Positions 49,360-60,704 of a stretch of DNA of 64,000 nt are shown here, in pieces (the first letter of the stretch is position 1; every line of letters begins with the position of its first letter). This DNA comes from Akkermansia muciniphila (GTDB taxonomy: Bacteria > Verrucomicrobiota > Verrucomicrobiia > Limisphaerales > SIAT01), in assembly GCA_945900775.1 (NCBI GenBank), contig CAMDJP010000009.1:7511-71510 (forward strand), written 5' to 3'. The position numbers and the translations under genes are program-made. The notes under the pieces were generated by a model, which worked only from the letters and a program-made list of their open reading frames with translations, was not told the origin of the DNA and made no database searches.

Positions 49360-52300
49360 TCAGTCGATGAATGTGAATGCGTTCAAGTTCAGCAGGACGC
49401 GGCAGGCGTTCGGCATGCCTCGTTTCTGCGCGAAGGAAATGAGCTGCGCTTTTTCCTCGGGCGACGGTGCGCGGCCGATGGCCAGGCGGCAGGCCCGTTC
49501 GATCTGCGCGGCGATATCCGCGCCGGCTTCTGCCTTCACACGCTCAGCGAAATGCGCGGCTTGCGTGACCATGAAACCGTTGTTCAGCAACGCGAGCGCC
49601 TGCGTGGGCGAGACGCTTTCGTTGCGCTTCGGCACGCGCATGGATGGATCGGCGCAGTCGAGCGAAGTCATGAACGGCTGCATCTGCGAGCGCACGATGA
49701 AGCGGTAAATCGACCGCCGCCATGTCCTCGCGTCGTTCGGGTCGGCGAGGCCGTATTCGTAATGCGGCGAGTGCTCCGGGCGCTGGACCACGAAATCCTG
49801 CCAGCCGGGACCGCCCTGCTTGAGGTCGAGCTTTCCGCTGACCGCAAGCACCGCGTCGCGCAGCGCCTCGGCCTCGAGTTTGCGGGAGTTGGCGCGCCAG
49901 AGCAGCCGGTTGCCGCTGTCGATGGCCTCGGCCTTGTCGTTTTTCGTGGAGGAAACCTGGCGGTAGGCGGCGCTCATCACCATCAGCTTGTGCAGCTTTT
50001 TCAACGAACCGCCCATGTCGTCGCGAAAGGTCACGGCGAGCCAGTCGAGCAACTCCGGGTGCGTCGGCGGCGTGCCCATGCGGCCGAAGTCACCCGGCGT
50101 ATCCACGATCCCGTGGCCGAAATGATACTGCCAGACGCGATTGACGATGCTCCGCCAGGTGAGCGGATGCGCAGGCGCGGTGATCCATTTCGCAAGAGCG
50201 GCGCGGCGCTCGCCCTCGGGTGCCGTGGGCGCGAGGTTGAAAGTTGCGGGCACCGTGCCATCGAGCACTTTCAGCGCTGCGGGCTGCACCTCGTCCCGTG
50301 GCGTAGTGACCTGGCCGCGCGCGAGCAGACGAATGACGCGCGGCTTGCCTTTGGTGCCCGCGAAATTTCCCGAGCCTGAATGTGCCGTGCCCGCATACAC
50401 CACCTGTTGCGCTGGAAGCTGCGCGAGTTCCTTCACTGTCGCTTCGAGCGCAGCCTTGTTCGCCGTGCGCGCCGCCCGGGCGGGTTCGTCGAGCACTTCG
50501 GCAAGTCGCGAGTCACGCTGTTTCCGCAGCCCAGCGATTTTGTCGCCTCCGCCGGTCTTCGCGGGGTAGATATCGTCCGTGAGATTCTTGCGCCTCCACC
50601 GGACGGGCGCCTCAATGCTGTCGATGCTCGTCGCGGGTGCTGCCAGCGCGGCGTTTTTTCCCGCCGTGTCGAAGACCTGCAGTTCTGACAGCGCGAAAAT
50701 GTAATCCTCTTGTCGCGGTGCGAGCTTCGTCGCCGTCACGCGAATGTAGCGCCCGCTTTTGCCCGTCGCGGAGAATGTCTGCGGCGCCGCGCCGGGATTG
50801 AGCACATCCTCCAAGTCGTTCGCCGCGATCACCACCGGCACGCCGCCAAACTCCGCATCGTCGCTCGCCTCGATGCGAAAGCGCACCGGGAATCCGAAAC
50901 CCCCGCCGATTCCGTTGAAATCGTCCCACACCCCCGCGAGCACCACGCGATCGAGCGTCACGGACTTGCCAAGATCCACCTGCACCCACTTCCGCGTCTC
51001 CTGCTTTGTCTCAATGCGGCTGTGCCAGCCATACTCTGGACGCACGCCCTGCGATGCCGCCTTCTCCTCCGCAGCAATCTCTTTTTCGAGCTTTGCAAAC
51101 TCCGGGCCCGCGGCCTTCAGCAAATCCGACGCAAAGGCCTTTTCCTTTTCTTCCAACTCCGTCTTGCGCTTGGCCAGTTCCACGCGCCGCACCGCGACCG
51201 CCGGATCGAGATCGTATCGCTTGTCCGCACGATCCACCGCCGCAAACACCGCCTGGAGCGAGTAGTAGTCGGCCTGCGTGATCGGATCAAATTTGTGATT
51301 GTGGCACTGCGCGCACTGTGCGGTGAAGCTCGTGAAGGTGCCCATCGCATTGCCGACCATGTCGTCACGGTCAAGGTGCCGCGCGATTTTTCCATCAATC
51401 TTCGACTCCGACACCTCCATGTGTCCGATGAGATCCCACGGCCCTGCCGAGATGAACCCAAGCGCCTCGATGCCGTCCTTGGTGCCGGGAAAAAGCACAT
51501 CGCCCGCGAGCTGCTCCTGTACGAATTGAGTATACGGCTTGTCCTCATTCAGCGCGCGGATTACGTAGTCACGGTAAGGCCAGGCATTCGGGCGCGGTTG
51601 ATCTTTGTCGTAGCCGTGAGTATCGCCGTAATGGACCACATCCAGCCAGTGCCGCGCCCAGCGTTCGCCATAGGCGGGCGAGGCGAGAAGCTTGTCGACG
51701 AGCCGCTCGTATTTATCCGCCGACTTGTCGGCGACAAAAGCGTCTGTCGCCTCCGGGGTCGGCGGCAGCCCCGTGAGATTGAAATAGAGCCTTCGCACGA
51801 GTGTGCGAGCGTCGGCTTCTGGCGACATCGCGAGACCCTTCTGCGCGAGCTTCGTGGTGATGAATGCATCAATCGGTAAGGCCCCCGCAATCACCGGCGG
51901 CGCCGGCTTTGTCAACGGCTTGAGGCTCCACCAGTCGAGAGGATTTTCAATCTTTACGCTCGCGGCGTCCGGCCACACCGCGCCCTGATCAATCCACGCC
52001 CGCAGCAAGCCAATCTGCGCCGGGGTGAGTCGCTCGCCCTTCGGCGGCATGAGCATGTCCTCGACGAGTCCCGAGACGTACTGGATGAGCGGGCTCTCCG
52101 CGCTCTTTCCGGGGACGACCGCGGTGCCATGCGTGTCGCCGCCTTTCAATGCGACCGCTTTCACATCCACGCGGTAGCCGTTCTTCTGCTTTGCCGGTCC
52201 GTGGCAGGAAACGCAGTGCGTAGAGAAAATCGGCTGGATGTCGCGGATGAAATCAATTCGTTGGGTGGTGACCTTCGGGAAAACATCGGCAATGGGCGCG

Positions 52301-53436
52301 CCAGCTTTTGGAAACACCGCGCGATAGTCTTCACCCAACAATGCAGACGCCGTGGCAGCAATCTGGTTTTGAGTCACCGCCGCAACGTTCGTCCGTTCGC
52401 CGAGCGCGGGTGTGTCAGGACCGAGCGCGCCGACCCAAATGAATCCTGAGCCTTGAATATTCTGTGCATGATTTTTCCAAGAGACATTGTTGGTGCCGCG
52501 GCCGTGATCGGTGATCAGCAACAACGAGGTGCGTCCGCGCATTTCGGTATCAGCCTGCGCCGCACTCCACAACTCCCCCACGAAACGGTCGAAGTGATGG
52601 ATGGATTGCAGGTAGTAATCGTAGCGGCCCTCGTGCGCCCACTCGTCCGGCTCGCCGTAGCAGACATACATCAGCCGCGGCTTGTGGGTCTTGAGATGCT
52701 GCAGCGCGGCTGAGTGGATGAAGGTGTCGTAGGTCATCATCGTGCCCCAGGTGGGCGTGTGGTCGGCGATCAGTTTTTCCAGCGACGCAAGAAATGGGCT
52801 CTTCAGCGGATCGCTTTTCTCGAAGCCTGTCCAAATCGGTACGCCGCTGCGCTCACGATTAATGATGTAGGGAATCACGTCCCAATTGCCGAATGCAGCG
52901 ATGCGCCCTCGGAACGCGGGCTTTTGCTGAAACCATTCCAGCACGGTGACGTTGGGGTTCGGCTTTTTCGCGTTGCTGTCGATACGAGGATCGACGATGC
53001 CAGTCAGAATCTCGCTGTAGCCGGGATACGAGAAATTCTTTCCATTAGTTACATGCGCGATGCTGCCCTTGTGCTGGTTGCCGTAGAGCTGGCCTTCTTT
53101 CGCGAGTGTGTTCCAAAAAAACGGCATCAGAGCCGCTCGCCGGGCCGTTGGCGTATCACGCCAGAAAGCTTTTCGAACCTCGTTGGTTTTGGTGACGCCG
53201 CCGAATTCTTTGCTGATGAGACGTTCTTCCGCGCCAGTGAAAACCTCCTGCCAACGCACACCATCGGCCATCACGAGGAGAACGTGATTGGTTTGCAGCG
53301 ACGCTGTGCCCACGGGCGTCTTCGCGGCAGGCAGTGAACTCGTACTTGCAGCGAGCCACACGGCGATGCCGAGTCCTCGCAGGCGATGCAAAGTGCTCAG
53401 GGGTAAAGTAATCAACCGACAAATATTTTCACTCAT
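49360..53436 (-). CDS. Fusion: alkaline-phosphatase-superfamily domain + planctomycete cytochrome c + DUF1549 + discoidin-like domain + DUF1553
   Basis: ADGVRWQE, SYPGY, DEWAH, TDHG (AP fold); CVSCH; YGERWARHWLDVVHY and CAQCHNHKFDP (DUF1549); WVQVDLG; HPELLDWLA and RRSIY (DUF1553). Confidence 0.88.
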   Translation of the reverse strand: MSENICRLITLPLSTLHRLRGLGIAVWLAASTSSLPAAKTPVGTASLQTNHVLLVMADGVRWQEVFTGAEERLISKEFGGVTKTNEVRKAFWRDTPTARRAALMPFFWNTLAKEGQLYGNQHKGSIAHVTNGKNFSYPGYSEILTGIVDPRIDSNAKKPNPNVTVLEWFQQKPAFRGRIAAFGNWDVIPYIINRERSGVPIWTGFEKSDPLKSPFLASLEKLIADHTPTWGTMMTYDTFIHSAALQHLKTHKPRLMYVCYGEPDEWAHEGRYDYYLQSIHHFDRFVGELWSAAQADTEMRGRTSLLLITDHGRGTNNVSWKNHAQNIQGSGFIWVGALGPDTPALGERTNVAAVTQNQIAATASALLGEDYRAVFPKAGAPIADVFPKVTTQRIDFIRDIQPIFSTHCVSCHGPAKQKNGYRVDVKAVALKGGDTHGTAVVPGKSAESPLIQYVSGLVEDMLMPPKGERLTPAQIGLLRAWIDQGAVWPDAASVKIENPLDWWSLKPLTKPAPPVIAGALPIDAFITTKLAQKGLAMSPEADARTLVRRLYFNLTGLPPTPEATDAFVADKSADKYERLVDKLLASPAYGERWARHWLDVVHYGDTHGYDKDQPRPNAWPYRDYVIRALNEDKPYTQFVQEQLAGDVLFPGTKDGIEALGFISAGPWDLIGHMEVSESKIDGKIARHLDRDDMVGNAMGTFTSFTAQCAQCHNHKFDPITQADYYSLQAVFAAVDRADKRYDLDPAVAVRRVELAKRKTELEEKEKAFASDLLKAAGPEFAKLEKEIAAEEKAASQGVRPEYGWHSRIETKQETRKWVQVDLGKSVTLDRVVLAGVWDDFNGIGGGFGFPVRFRIEASDDAEFGGVPVVIAANDLEDVLNPGAAPQTFSATGKSGRYIRVTATKLAPRQEDYIFALSELQVFDTAGKNAALAAPATSIDSIEAPVRWRRKNLTDDIYPAKTGGGDKIAGLRKQRDSRLAEVLDEPARAARTANKAALEATVKELAQLPAQQVVYAGTAHSGSGNFAGTKGKPRVIRLLARGQVTTPRDEVQPAALKVLDGTVPATFNLAPTAPEGERRAALAKWITAPAHPLTWRSIVNRVWQYHFGHGIVDTPGDFGRMGTPPTHPELLDWLAVTFRDDMGGSLKKLHKLMVMSAAYRQVSSTKNDKAEAIDSGNRLLWRANSRKLEAEALRDAVLAVSGKLDLKQGGPGWQDFVVQRPEHSPHYEYGLADPNDARTWRRSIYRFIVRSQMQPFMTSLDCADPSMRVPKRNESVSPTQALALLNNGFMVTQAAHFAERVKAEAGADIAAQIERACRLAIGRAPSPEEKAQLISFAQKRGMPNACRVLLNLNAFTFID

Positions 53437-53447
53437 TCACTGCGGAT

Positions 53448-54137
53448 TCAAGGGCGGATTAGAGCCGCCCAGATAAGGTCTTGCGCAGCGTTATTCGCAG
53501 GGGTGATGGAGTTGCATTTCTGAAGATGTGCATCGAACGCTCGACGTGGTATCCAATAAGCCGAGCCGTCGGCAAAGGTCGCGTTCACGCCATCACGATG
53601 GCGGGAATCCACGCGCGCCGGTTGGCCGAGTGTGTCGGCAAAAAGCGGCTTTTGCGCGAGTTCCTCCAAAAGCGGCCAGACCGGCGGCGCTCCGGCATTG
53701 CCCCAATCCACAATTGGCAAGGTCGCGTAGCCGGACTGCACGTTCACGCCGGCGGCGCCTGGCGGCCACGGATTTTCAGGGGTACTGAAGGATTGTGTCG
53801 CGGCCTGTTCGCCGGGGCAGAACAGAATGCGCGGTTCGTCCAGAAACTTTTCCAGATAGAGCCATCCGAACAGAACGAATTGATTTGCTGTGCCGCTGTA
53901 GACCATCGCGTTCCACTGCTTGCGTCCGCCTCGATAGCCGATGGGAATCTGCCCGTCATGATCATTCGCGAAAACCTGAAAAGTCAGCCCCAGTTGGCGC
54001 TGGTTGCCGATGCATGTCGCGCGTCGCGCTTTCTCTTTTGCCTTTCCCAAGGCAGGAAGCAGCAAGGCTGCGAGGATTCCGATGATCGCGATGACGATCA
54101 GCAGTTCGACGACCGTGAAGGCGCGACGAGTGTTCAT
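53448..54137 (-). CDS. Prepilin-type N-methylation / H-X9-DG protein
   Basis: [55 protein letters not shown] overlap with the upstream gene. Confidence 0.9.
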   Translation of the reverse strand: MNTRRAFTVVELLIVIAIIGILAALLLPALGKAKEKARRATCIGNQRQLGLTFQVFANDHDGQIPIGYRGGRKQWNAMVYSGTANQFVLFGWLYLEKFLDEPRILFCPGEQAATQSFSTPENPWPPGAAGVNVQSGYATLPIVDWGNAGAPPVWPLLEELAQKPLFADTLGQPARVDSRHRDGVNATFADGSAYWIPRRAFDAHLQKCNSITPANNAAQDLIWAALIRP

Positions 54138-57100
54138 TTCTCTGGCAGCGCAAAGGCCACGTAGGCATCGCCCGTCGGGCCGCCGAGCTTGCCGCCACCG
54201 CTCGCGGCGATGACCACGAACTGCCGGCCGTCCACCTCATAGGTCGCGGGCGGCGCATGGCCGCCGTGTGGCAACTTCGCCGACCACAGCTCGGCGCCTG
54301 TCTCAGTGTCGAAGGCGCGGAGTTTCCCGTCCTTCGTGCCCGCACAGAAGATGAGTCCACCGGCGGTGACTATCGCGCCGCCGAAATTCTCAGTGCCAGT
54401 TTTCGGAACGCCCTGACGCGTGAGTTCCTCGTGCTCACCGAGCGGCACTTTCCACAGGAGTTTGCCGGTGTTGAGGTCGAGACAGTTCAGTGTGCCCCAC
54501 GGCGGCTTGCAGGCGGGATAGCCATCCGGATCGAGGAAGCGAGTGAACGAATTCTGGCTATATTGCGGACGCTCGGGCTTCGCGCGCGGCGCGTTGGCGA
54601 TGCCGCTGGGAAGGTCCCGCACGAAGAGAAAATCCAGCAAGGCCTTCAGGTCCGGCTCACTCATCGGCGGGGCGACGGGCATCAAGCCCCGGCCTGTCTT
54701 GAGCAGCGCGATCACGTCCGCGTCTTTCAGTCGATGCTGCAAGGCGCGCAACGGCGGAGCTACGCCGATGCCGTTGCGGTTCGTGCCATGGCATTGGGCG
54801 CAGCTGAGTTCGTAGAGCTGCTGGCCACGCGTCGGCGGGGCTTTGGGATCGCGAGCGGGTTCATCGAAGTTGATGAGCGACATAATCCACGGCACCTCGT
54901 TCGCGCTCACGTAGAGCCGTCCGGTCGTCGGGTCGGTGCACGCCCCCGTCCACTCTGCGCCGCCGTGGACGCCGTAGAAGACGGTCACCTTCCGGTCGCT
55001 CACCGGGAGGAACCAGCCGAACTGCGCGCTCTTGAGCTGGTCCAACGCCCACTCATGCAGCTCGGGCGTGCGCGTGGGCGCATCGGCCAGCGTGTATTCC
55101 TGACGGGCGAAGGGCTGCGGCAGCTCCACGTCGGCCTGATATGGAGCGGTCAATTCACCGGGCATCGTGCTCGTCGGCGCGCGGCGCTGGCGGAAAGGAA
55201 ATACCGGTTTGCCAGAGACGCGATCGAGCAACAGCGTGTTGCCCGTCTTGCTCACGGCGGCGACCACGTCCACGCGCCGGCCATCGCGGGTGATGGTCGA
55301 GAGCACTGGCGGCGCAGGCAGATCGAGATCCCAGATGTCGTGCGGCATTTCCTGAAAATGCCAGAGCCGCCGCCCGGTGCGGGCATCCAAGGCAACCACG
55401 CAGTTGGCGAACAAGTTGTCGCCGCGATGGCCGATGCCGATGAAGTTCGGCTTCGGCGAACCCGTGGTGATGTAGGCAATCCCGCGCTGCTCATCCATCG
55501 CCATGCCGCCCCAGCAATTCGCCCCATTGTCCACCGTCCGATCCCACGTGTCATAACCAAACTCGCCCGGGTGCGGCACGGTGTGGAAGGTCCACCGCTG
55601 CTCGCCCGTGACTGTGTCAAAGCCCCACACATCCTTCCCAATCCCCGGCACCACAATCGTGCGCTCAAACGCCGCCGGCCCTGCTGCCGCCGACCCCGGC
55701 AGCGTCGTCTTCCCGCCGACCCCGAACGTCTGGATGGGCTCGCCGGTATTCGGGCTCAACGCGTAGAGAAATTTGCCCGCGCAGAAGAACAGCCGCTCGC
55801 CCGCGCCATCGCGGCCCGACCACCACAGCAGCCCGCGGAACGCAGGCCGCCCCTCGGGTTTGAAGCGCCATTTTTCCCGGCCCGTCGCCGCCTCCACGGC
55901 CACGATGTGTTCCCCGACTGTGGGCGCAAACATCACGCCGCGCACGATGATGGGGTTGCACTGGATGTTCCCCGAGCCATCCTTGGAGTGATACGTCCAC
56001 GCGGGCTGGAGGTTCTTCACGTTGCTCCGGTTGATTTGTGTCAACGCGGAGAAACGGGAGGAACCACCGTCGCCATGTGAGCGGCTCCACGTGCGGAAGG
56101 TCTCCGCTTTCGGAAGGCCGTTGTGCGGCGTGAGTTCGTCCGCACGGGCGGCAGGAATGGTTTTGTAGAGCGGCAGCTTCGCGCGGGCAGCCGCGTCTTC
56201 CACGGCCCAGTAATCCACCTTGGGACTTTGCGCCGACGGCGTGCCGGGAGCGTTCGCCGCGCTGGGCTTCGGGGGCGGGAGCTCATCGAAATCCCACAAG
56301 CCCACCGTGCTTGCGTCCCGTTTCAACGGCGCGCTCGGCACGCCCTTGAGTTCGCGGACACCCCTTGTCAGGCGCACATCGTCCACCAGCCCGTCGCAGC
56401 CTATGTTGCCCTCGACCAGTCGCCCGAAGGCCAGCCCACCCGGTTTTGGCTCGCCCTTGAGCGGTTGCGCTGGCGAATCGTGCGCGAGCTGGCCGTCCAC
56501 GAAAAGCCGCACACGAGCGGGCTCAATCACCGCCGCCAGTGCGTGCCATTGGCCGTCGGCGATGTCCACCTTGGTTTTGAATTCCCCACCCCGGCCCGGC
56601 AGGTAGAGGCTGAGAAATCCACTGCCCGCGTAGCTGTAAAGTTCCCAATGTTCCGCCGAGGCTTTCGGGTCGCTCGCGACGAGGATATTAAAGCCGTGCT
56701 TGGAATCCACCTTCGCCCGGCACTCGATGGTGAGGGGCAACGTGCGGTATTCCGGCTTGCCCTCGACGACCAGCCCGCCAGCGAGCGCGCGGCCAAACTG
56801 CTTCGCCAACGACGGTTGCCCGGTGCTGACGGAAGCCACGGACGGCGACTGCAAGTCGCCGGCACGGGGGGCGTTGTGAGTGCGGAATTTCGGCTTGGGT
56901 CCCGGCGGCTTGCCGTCGAGCTGGGGCAGGAGCCAATCGAGCCCATCCAAGTTGTCCTTCAACCGCTCCTCCGCGTCGTCGTTCGTGTGGCCGATGATGC
57001 CGATGGGGCCGCGATAGCCGGAGTCCCGGATGATTTGGAGCAGCTTGAGGTCGAGGTCGCCCGCACCGAGCGGCAGGATTTTTTGACCCTTCTTGTCGCC

Positions 57101-57817
57101 GCCCGCGACCATGCCGTTGAGGTTGAGACAGTGGAGATAGGGGATCATCGTCTTGAGCGCGGCGGGGAAGCGGTCGAGGTGGTCGTGGCCGTGGTGGAGG
57201 TTGTAAACGACGCCGACATGCGCCGCGCCGTGCTGCTCGCGGAGGACCTTGGCCACGGCGGCCATGTTCTCCGGCTCGCCGGCCCAGCCGCCGTGGTTGT
57301 AAAGCGTGAGCTGGCACCCGGCCTTGCGCGTGCGCTCGACGACGGAGAGCAAATTCTTGGCGGCAAGCTGGACGCGCTCCTCGTTCGTGGGCGCGGCGGG
57401 CGAGCCCATTATGACCCAAATCTGCGGGTGAAGCCGGTGTTTCTCGAAGACGCGATACGCCTCATCGTGCTGCGACCAGAACGCGAAGTAATGCAACTTG
57501 TGCTTCCGGTATTCCAAAATCTCCTGCTCGAACTGCGCGACGTGCTCCGGCCGCCAGTCGTAGGCCACCTTGGTGAAGCCGAGCTTGGCGACCATCTCTG
57601 CACGCTCGGCGGGCCCGCGCTTTTTGGAGTCGAACGGCACAATGCACCATGCCACCAAGTTCGTGCGGGCGAAGAGCTGGACCTCGGCGGCGCGGGAGGA
57701 GAGGCCGGCGAAACACACGAAACACATAAAAAGAAGACGCGGAAAAGCAGTGGCTAGGAAGCCGGAAGTGACGCCGGTCAGACGAAGCAGGCGGGACTTG
57801 GGAGTTGGATGGTTCAT
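54134..57817 (-). CDS. Fusion: xylose-isomerase-like TIM barrel + LamG/concanavalin domain + PQQ-dependent dehydrogenase beta-propeller with inserted cytochrome c
   Basis: [27 protein letters not shown] (TIM); DGQWHALA...LFVDG...GLVDDVRL (LamG); [32 protein letters not shown] (PQQ GDH-like); CAQCH. Confidence 0.85.
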   Translation of the reverse strand: MNHPTPKSRLLRLTGVTSGFLATAFPRLLFMCFVCFAGLSSRAAEVQLFARTNLVAWCIVPFDSKKRGPAERAEMVAKLGFTKVAYDWRPEHVAQFEQEILEYRKHKLHYFAFWSQHDEAYRVFEKHRLHPQIWVIMGSPAAPTNEERVQLAAKNLLSVVERTRKAGCQLTLYNHGGWAGEPENMAAVAKVLREQHGAAHVGVVYNLHHGHDHLDRFPAALKTMIPYLHCLNLNGMVAGGDKKGQKILPLGAGDLDLKLLQIIRDSGYRGPIGIIGHTNDDAEERLKDNLDGLDWLLPQLDGKPPGPKPKFRTHNAPRAGDLQSPSVASVSTGQPSLAKQFGRALAGGLVVEGKPEYRTLPLTIECRAKVDSKHGFNILVASDPKASAEHWELYSYAGSGFLSLYLPGRGGEFKTKVDIADGQWHALAAVIEPARVRLFVDGQLAHDSPAQPLKGEPKPGGLAFGRLVEGNIGCDGLVDDVRLTRGVRELKGVPSAPLKRDASTVGLWDFDELPPPKPSAANAPGTPSAQSPKVDYWAVEDAAARAKLPLYKTIPAARADELTPHNGLPKAETFRTWSRSHGDGGSSRFSALTQINRSNVKNLQPAWTYHSKDGSGNIQCNPIIVRGVMFAPTVGEHIVAVEAATGREKWRFKPEGRPAFRGLLWWSGRDGAGERLFFCAGKFLYALSPNTGEPIQTFGVGGKTTLPGSAAAGPAAFERTIVVPGIGKDVWGFDTVTGEQRWTFHTVPHPGEFGYDTWDRTVDNGANCWGGMAMDEQRGIAYITTGSPKPNFIGIGHRGDNLFANCVVALDARTGRRLWHFQEMPHDIWDLDLPAPPVLSTITRDGRRVDVVAAVSKTGNTLLLDRVSGKPVFPFRQRRAPTSTMPGELTAPYQADVELPQPFARQEYTLADAPTRTPELHEWALDQLKSAQFGWFLPVSDRKVTVFYGVHGGAEWTGACTDPTTGRLYVSANEVPWIMSLINFDEPARDPKAPPTRGQQLYELSCAQCHGTNRNGIGVAPPLRALQHRLKDADVIALLKTGRGLMPVAPPMSEPDLKALLDFLFVRDLPSGIANAPRAKPERPQYSQNSFTRFLDPDGYPACKPPWGTLNCLDLNTGKLLWKVPLGEHEELTRQGVPKTGTENFGGAIVTAGGLIFCAGTKDGKLRAFDTETGAELWSAKLPHGGHAPPATYEVDGRQFVVIAASGGGKLGGPTGDAYVAFALPEK

Positions 57818-57832
57818 TCGGCTTCAGTCTGT

Positions 57833-59113
57833 TTAGTGAGCAAATTCCTTCGCGGCCAGCCGGCCGGCTTTCAGCACGCCGCCTTGCAGCACGGCGAGGA
57901 TGTTTTTCCGATCTTCCAGCAGCGCGATATTTTTCACGACATCCCCATCCACCACGAGCACGTCGGCGACCTTGCCTGGCTCCAGAGTGCCGAGCTCCGG
58001 GCTGCGGCCCATGATTTCCGCACCGGTCTTGGTGGCGCACTTGAGAGTTTCCAGCGCGCTAAAACCGACGTAGTTCACGAAGAAGCTCAACTCCTTGGCG
58101 TAGTCGCCGTGCGGGTTCCAGCCGAATCCATAATCGCCGCCCATGCCGATACGACCGCCTGCCTTGAGAATTTTCCGGTAGCTGGCCGCGCCGCCTTCGA
58201 GGGTTTCCTGATGCCCATCTATGACGCGCTGCGGCAGGCCAAATTCCTTGCCACGCACAACGCTGGCCTGCTCGAAGTAAAGGCCCGGCACCACGGGCAC
58301 GTCGCGCTTCAACAGCAGCTCCAGCCCTTCGTCGTCAATGAACGTCGCGTGCTCGATGCTGTCGTAGCCGGCTCGCAACGCGTTCTTGATGCCCTCGGTG
58401 GCGCGACAGTGACCAGTGACTTTGAGCTTGTGGTTGTGCGCGGTGGCGACCACGGCGTGCATCTCCTCGAAGGTCATGCAGAGCGTGTGATGGTCGTTTT
58501 GGTCGGGCCAAGCGGCGTCGCCGGTGGGATAGGTCTTCACCCACTCGACGCCGTCCTTCACGAGCGAACGCACGGCCTTGCGCGCGTCCTCGACGCCGTT
58601 GATGCAGAACACGAGCCCGTCCATGCCAATCTTTCGGAAGTCGGGATTCCAATCCATCAACCCGCCCGCGCTGCAAATCTCGCGTCCGCTAGCCACCAAC
58701 CGCGGGCCGGGGATGAGGTCTTCCTCGATGGCTTTCTTGAGCCACACATCGCAGTTGAAGAGGCAACCGCCCGAGCGGGCCGAGGTGTAGCCGCATTCCA
58801 ACGTCAGCTTGCAGTTCATCGAAGCAAGTAGAGATACGTATTCGACGGGATACTTGATGTCGAGGTCCTCGAGCTTCTCGATGTTGAAATAGGTCGCGTG
58901 GTAGTGCGCCTCGACCAACCCCGGCATGATGGTGCCGCTGCGTGCATCAATTCGTTGCGCATCCGATGGCATCGTAGGAGCGTTCGCGGCTGGGCCAGCG
59001 TATTGGATGATGCCGTTCTCGATGACGAGTGCGGCGTTGAGCACGGGCGGCACGCCGGTGCCGTCGAAGAGCTGGCCGTTGGAAATGAGCGTGGTGCCCG
59101 TGGCGAGTTTCAT
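57833..59113 (-). CDS. Metal-dependent amidohydrolase (Xaa-Pro dipeptidase/amidohydrolase_1-like)
   Basis: MPGLVEAHYH, WVK, TGHC, SIEHA, GGDYG, GTLEPGKVADVLVVDG; no signal peptide. Confidence 0.9.
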   Translation of the reverse strand: MKLATGTTLISNGQLFDGTGVPPVLNAALVIENGIIQYAGPAANAPTMPSDAQRIDARSGTIMPGLVEAHYHATYFNIEKLEDLDIKYPVEYVSLLASMNCKLTLECGYTSARSGGCLFNCDVWLKKAIEEDLIPGPRLVASGREICSAGGLMDWNPDFRKIGMDGLVFCINGVEDARKAVRSLVKDGVEWVKTYPTGDAAWPDQNDHHTLCMTFEEMHAVVATAHNHKLKVTGHCRATEGIKNALRAGYDSIEHATFIDDEGLELLLKRDVPVVPGLYFEQASVVRGKEFGLPQRVIDGHQETLEGGAASYRKILKAGGRIGMGGDYGFGWNPHGDYAKELSFFVNYVGFSALETLKCATKTGAEIMGRSPELGTLEPGKVADVLVVDGDVVKNIALLEDRKNILAVLQGGVLKAGRLAAKEFAH

Positions 59114-59209
59114 AATACGTCATTCCGGCTGCTCGCGCTCCGTGGGGTGAATGCGACAGCGTTTGTCTCAGAATACATAGCTTTGCTGAGTGTTGCTGCG
59201 GGTGTGGTA

Positions 59210-60685
59210 TCAGGCCAGTAATTTTCCGAGCACCTCGCCATGCACGTCGGTGAGGCGACGCTCGATTCCGTTGTGGTAATAGGTGAGCCGCTCGTGATCG
59301 AGTCCGAGCAGGTGAAGAAGGGTGGCGTGCAGGTCGTAGATGGTGGCGACCTCATTCACGGCGCGGTGGCCAAACTCGTCCGTGGCACCGTGGCTGTAAC
59401 CGCGCTTCACGCCTGCGCCGGTCAACCAGACAGTGAAGCCGTGTGGGTTATGATCACGGCCGTTGGCGCCTTTCTGAAAGGTTGGCATCCGGCCGAACTC
59501 GGTGACAAAAGCGACGACGGTGTCGCGCAACAGTCCGCGCGCCTTCAAATCCTTCAATAACGCGGCGGCGGGCTGGTCGAGGATTTGGGCATGCCCGTCG
59601 TATTGCGTCTTGATAGTCTTATGGCCGTCCCAGTTGCCCACGCCCTCGCCCATCGCGTAAGCGCCGTTGAAAAGCTGCACGAAACGCACGCCGCGCTCCA
59701 GCAGACGTCGCGCGAGAATACAGTTCTTGGCGAAGCGCGCCTTGTTTGTATTCTTTGTATCATCAGCTCCATAGAGAGCGAGCGTCGCGGCGGTCTCCGT
59801 TGATAAATCCGAAACTTCTGCAGCGGCGAGCTGCATCTTCGCAGCCATCTCGTAGCTTGTGAGGCGCGCGGCCAGTTCGGTATCTCCGGGATTGCGCGCG
59901 AGGTGCTGCTCGTTCAGGAACTTCAGGAAATCGCGCGTGGCCGTGTCGGCCTTTTCGCTCAACGCCGCCGGCCGCGCCAAGTGTGGGATCGGCTTGTCGG
60001 CATTGAACGCCGTGCCTTGGAACACGGCCGGGAGGAAGGCGGAGTTCCAGTTGTTCGAGGCCGATTGCGGCACGCCGCGCGGATCAGGAATGGCGATGAA
60101 CGCAGGCAGATTCTCGCTCGCCGAGCCGAGCGCGTAGCTCGCCCAGCAACCGATGCCGGGGAAGCCGTCGAGTGTGAAGCCGGTGCTCATCTGGTTCTCA
60201 GCCGGTCCGTGCGTGTTCGATTTCGCCGTCATCGAATGGATGAAACACAGCTCATCCGACAGACCCGCGAGATTCGGCAGCAGGTCGGAGACCATCTTTC
60301 CACTCTGGCCGCGCGGGCGGAATTCCCAGAGCGGCTTGATGAGGTTGCCGTTTTCGCCCTGGAAGGTGACCAATTTCCCCGAACCGGGCATCGGTGTGTC
60401 GTGCCGTTTCACTAGCTCGGGCTTGAAATCGAACGTGTCCACGTGGCTCAACGCGCCGGAGCAGAAAATCACTAGCACGCGTTTTGCCTTCGGCGCGAAA
60501 TGCGGCGGTCGCGGCGCGTGCGGTCGCGTGGGATCGATTGCGGGTCGGATGGGCGATTTGTCCGCGCCCAGCAGTCCTTGTTTCGCCAGCAACGAGGCGA
60601 ACGCGATGGCGCCCAACCCGTGACTCGCCGAGCGCATGAAGGCCCGGCGATCCAGCAGCCACTGCCCGTTGAAATGCGGATTCAT
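59210..60685 (-). CDS. DUF1501 family protein, predicted Tat-exported
   Basis: [47 protein letters not shown]. Confidence 0.92.
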   Translation of the reverse strand: MNPHFNGQWLLDRRAFMRSASHGLGAIAFASLLAKQGLLGADKSPIRPAIDPTRPHAPRPPHFAPKAKRVLVIFCSGALSHVDTFDFKPELVKRHDTPMPGSGKLVTFQGENGNLIKPLWEFRPRGQSGKMVSDLLPNLAGLSDELCFIHSMTAKSNTHGPAENQMSTGFTLDGFPGIGCWASYALGSASENLPAFIAIPDPRGVPQSASNNWNSAFLPAVFQGTAFNADKPIPHLARPAALSEKADTATRDFLKFLNEQHLARNPGDTELAARLTSYEMAAKMQLAAAEVSDLSTETAATLALYGADDTKNTNKARFAKNCILARRLLERGVRFVQLFNGAYAMGEGVGNWDGHKTIKTQYDGHAQILDQPAAALLKDLKARGLLRDTVVAFVTEFGRMPTFQKGANGRDHNPHGFTVWLTGAGVKRGYSHGATDEFGHRAVNEVATIYDLHATLLHLLGLDHERLTYYHNGIERRLTDVHGEVLGKLLA

Positions 60686-60704
60686 AGCGTGGATGAAAGA
60701 GATC

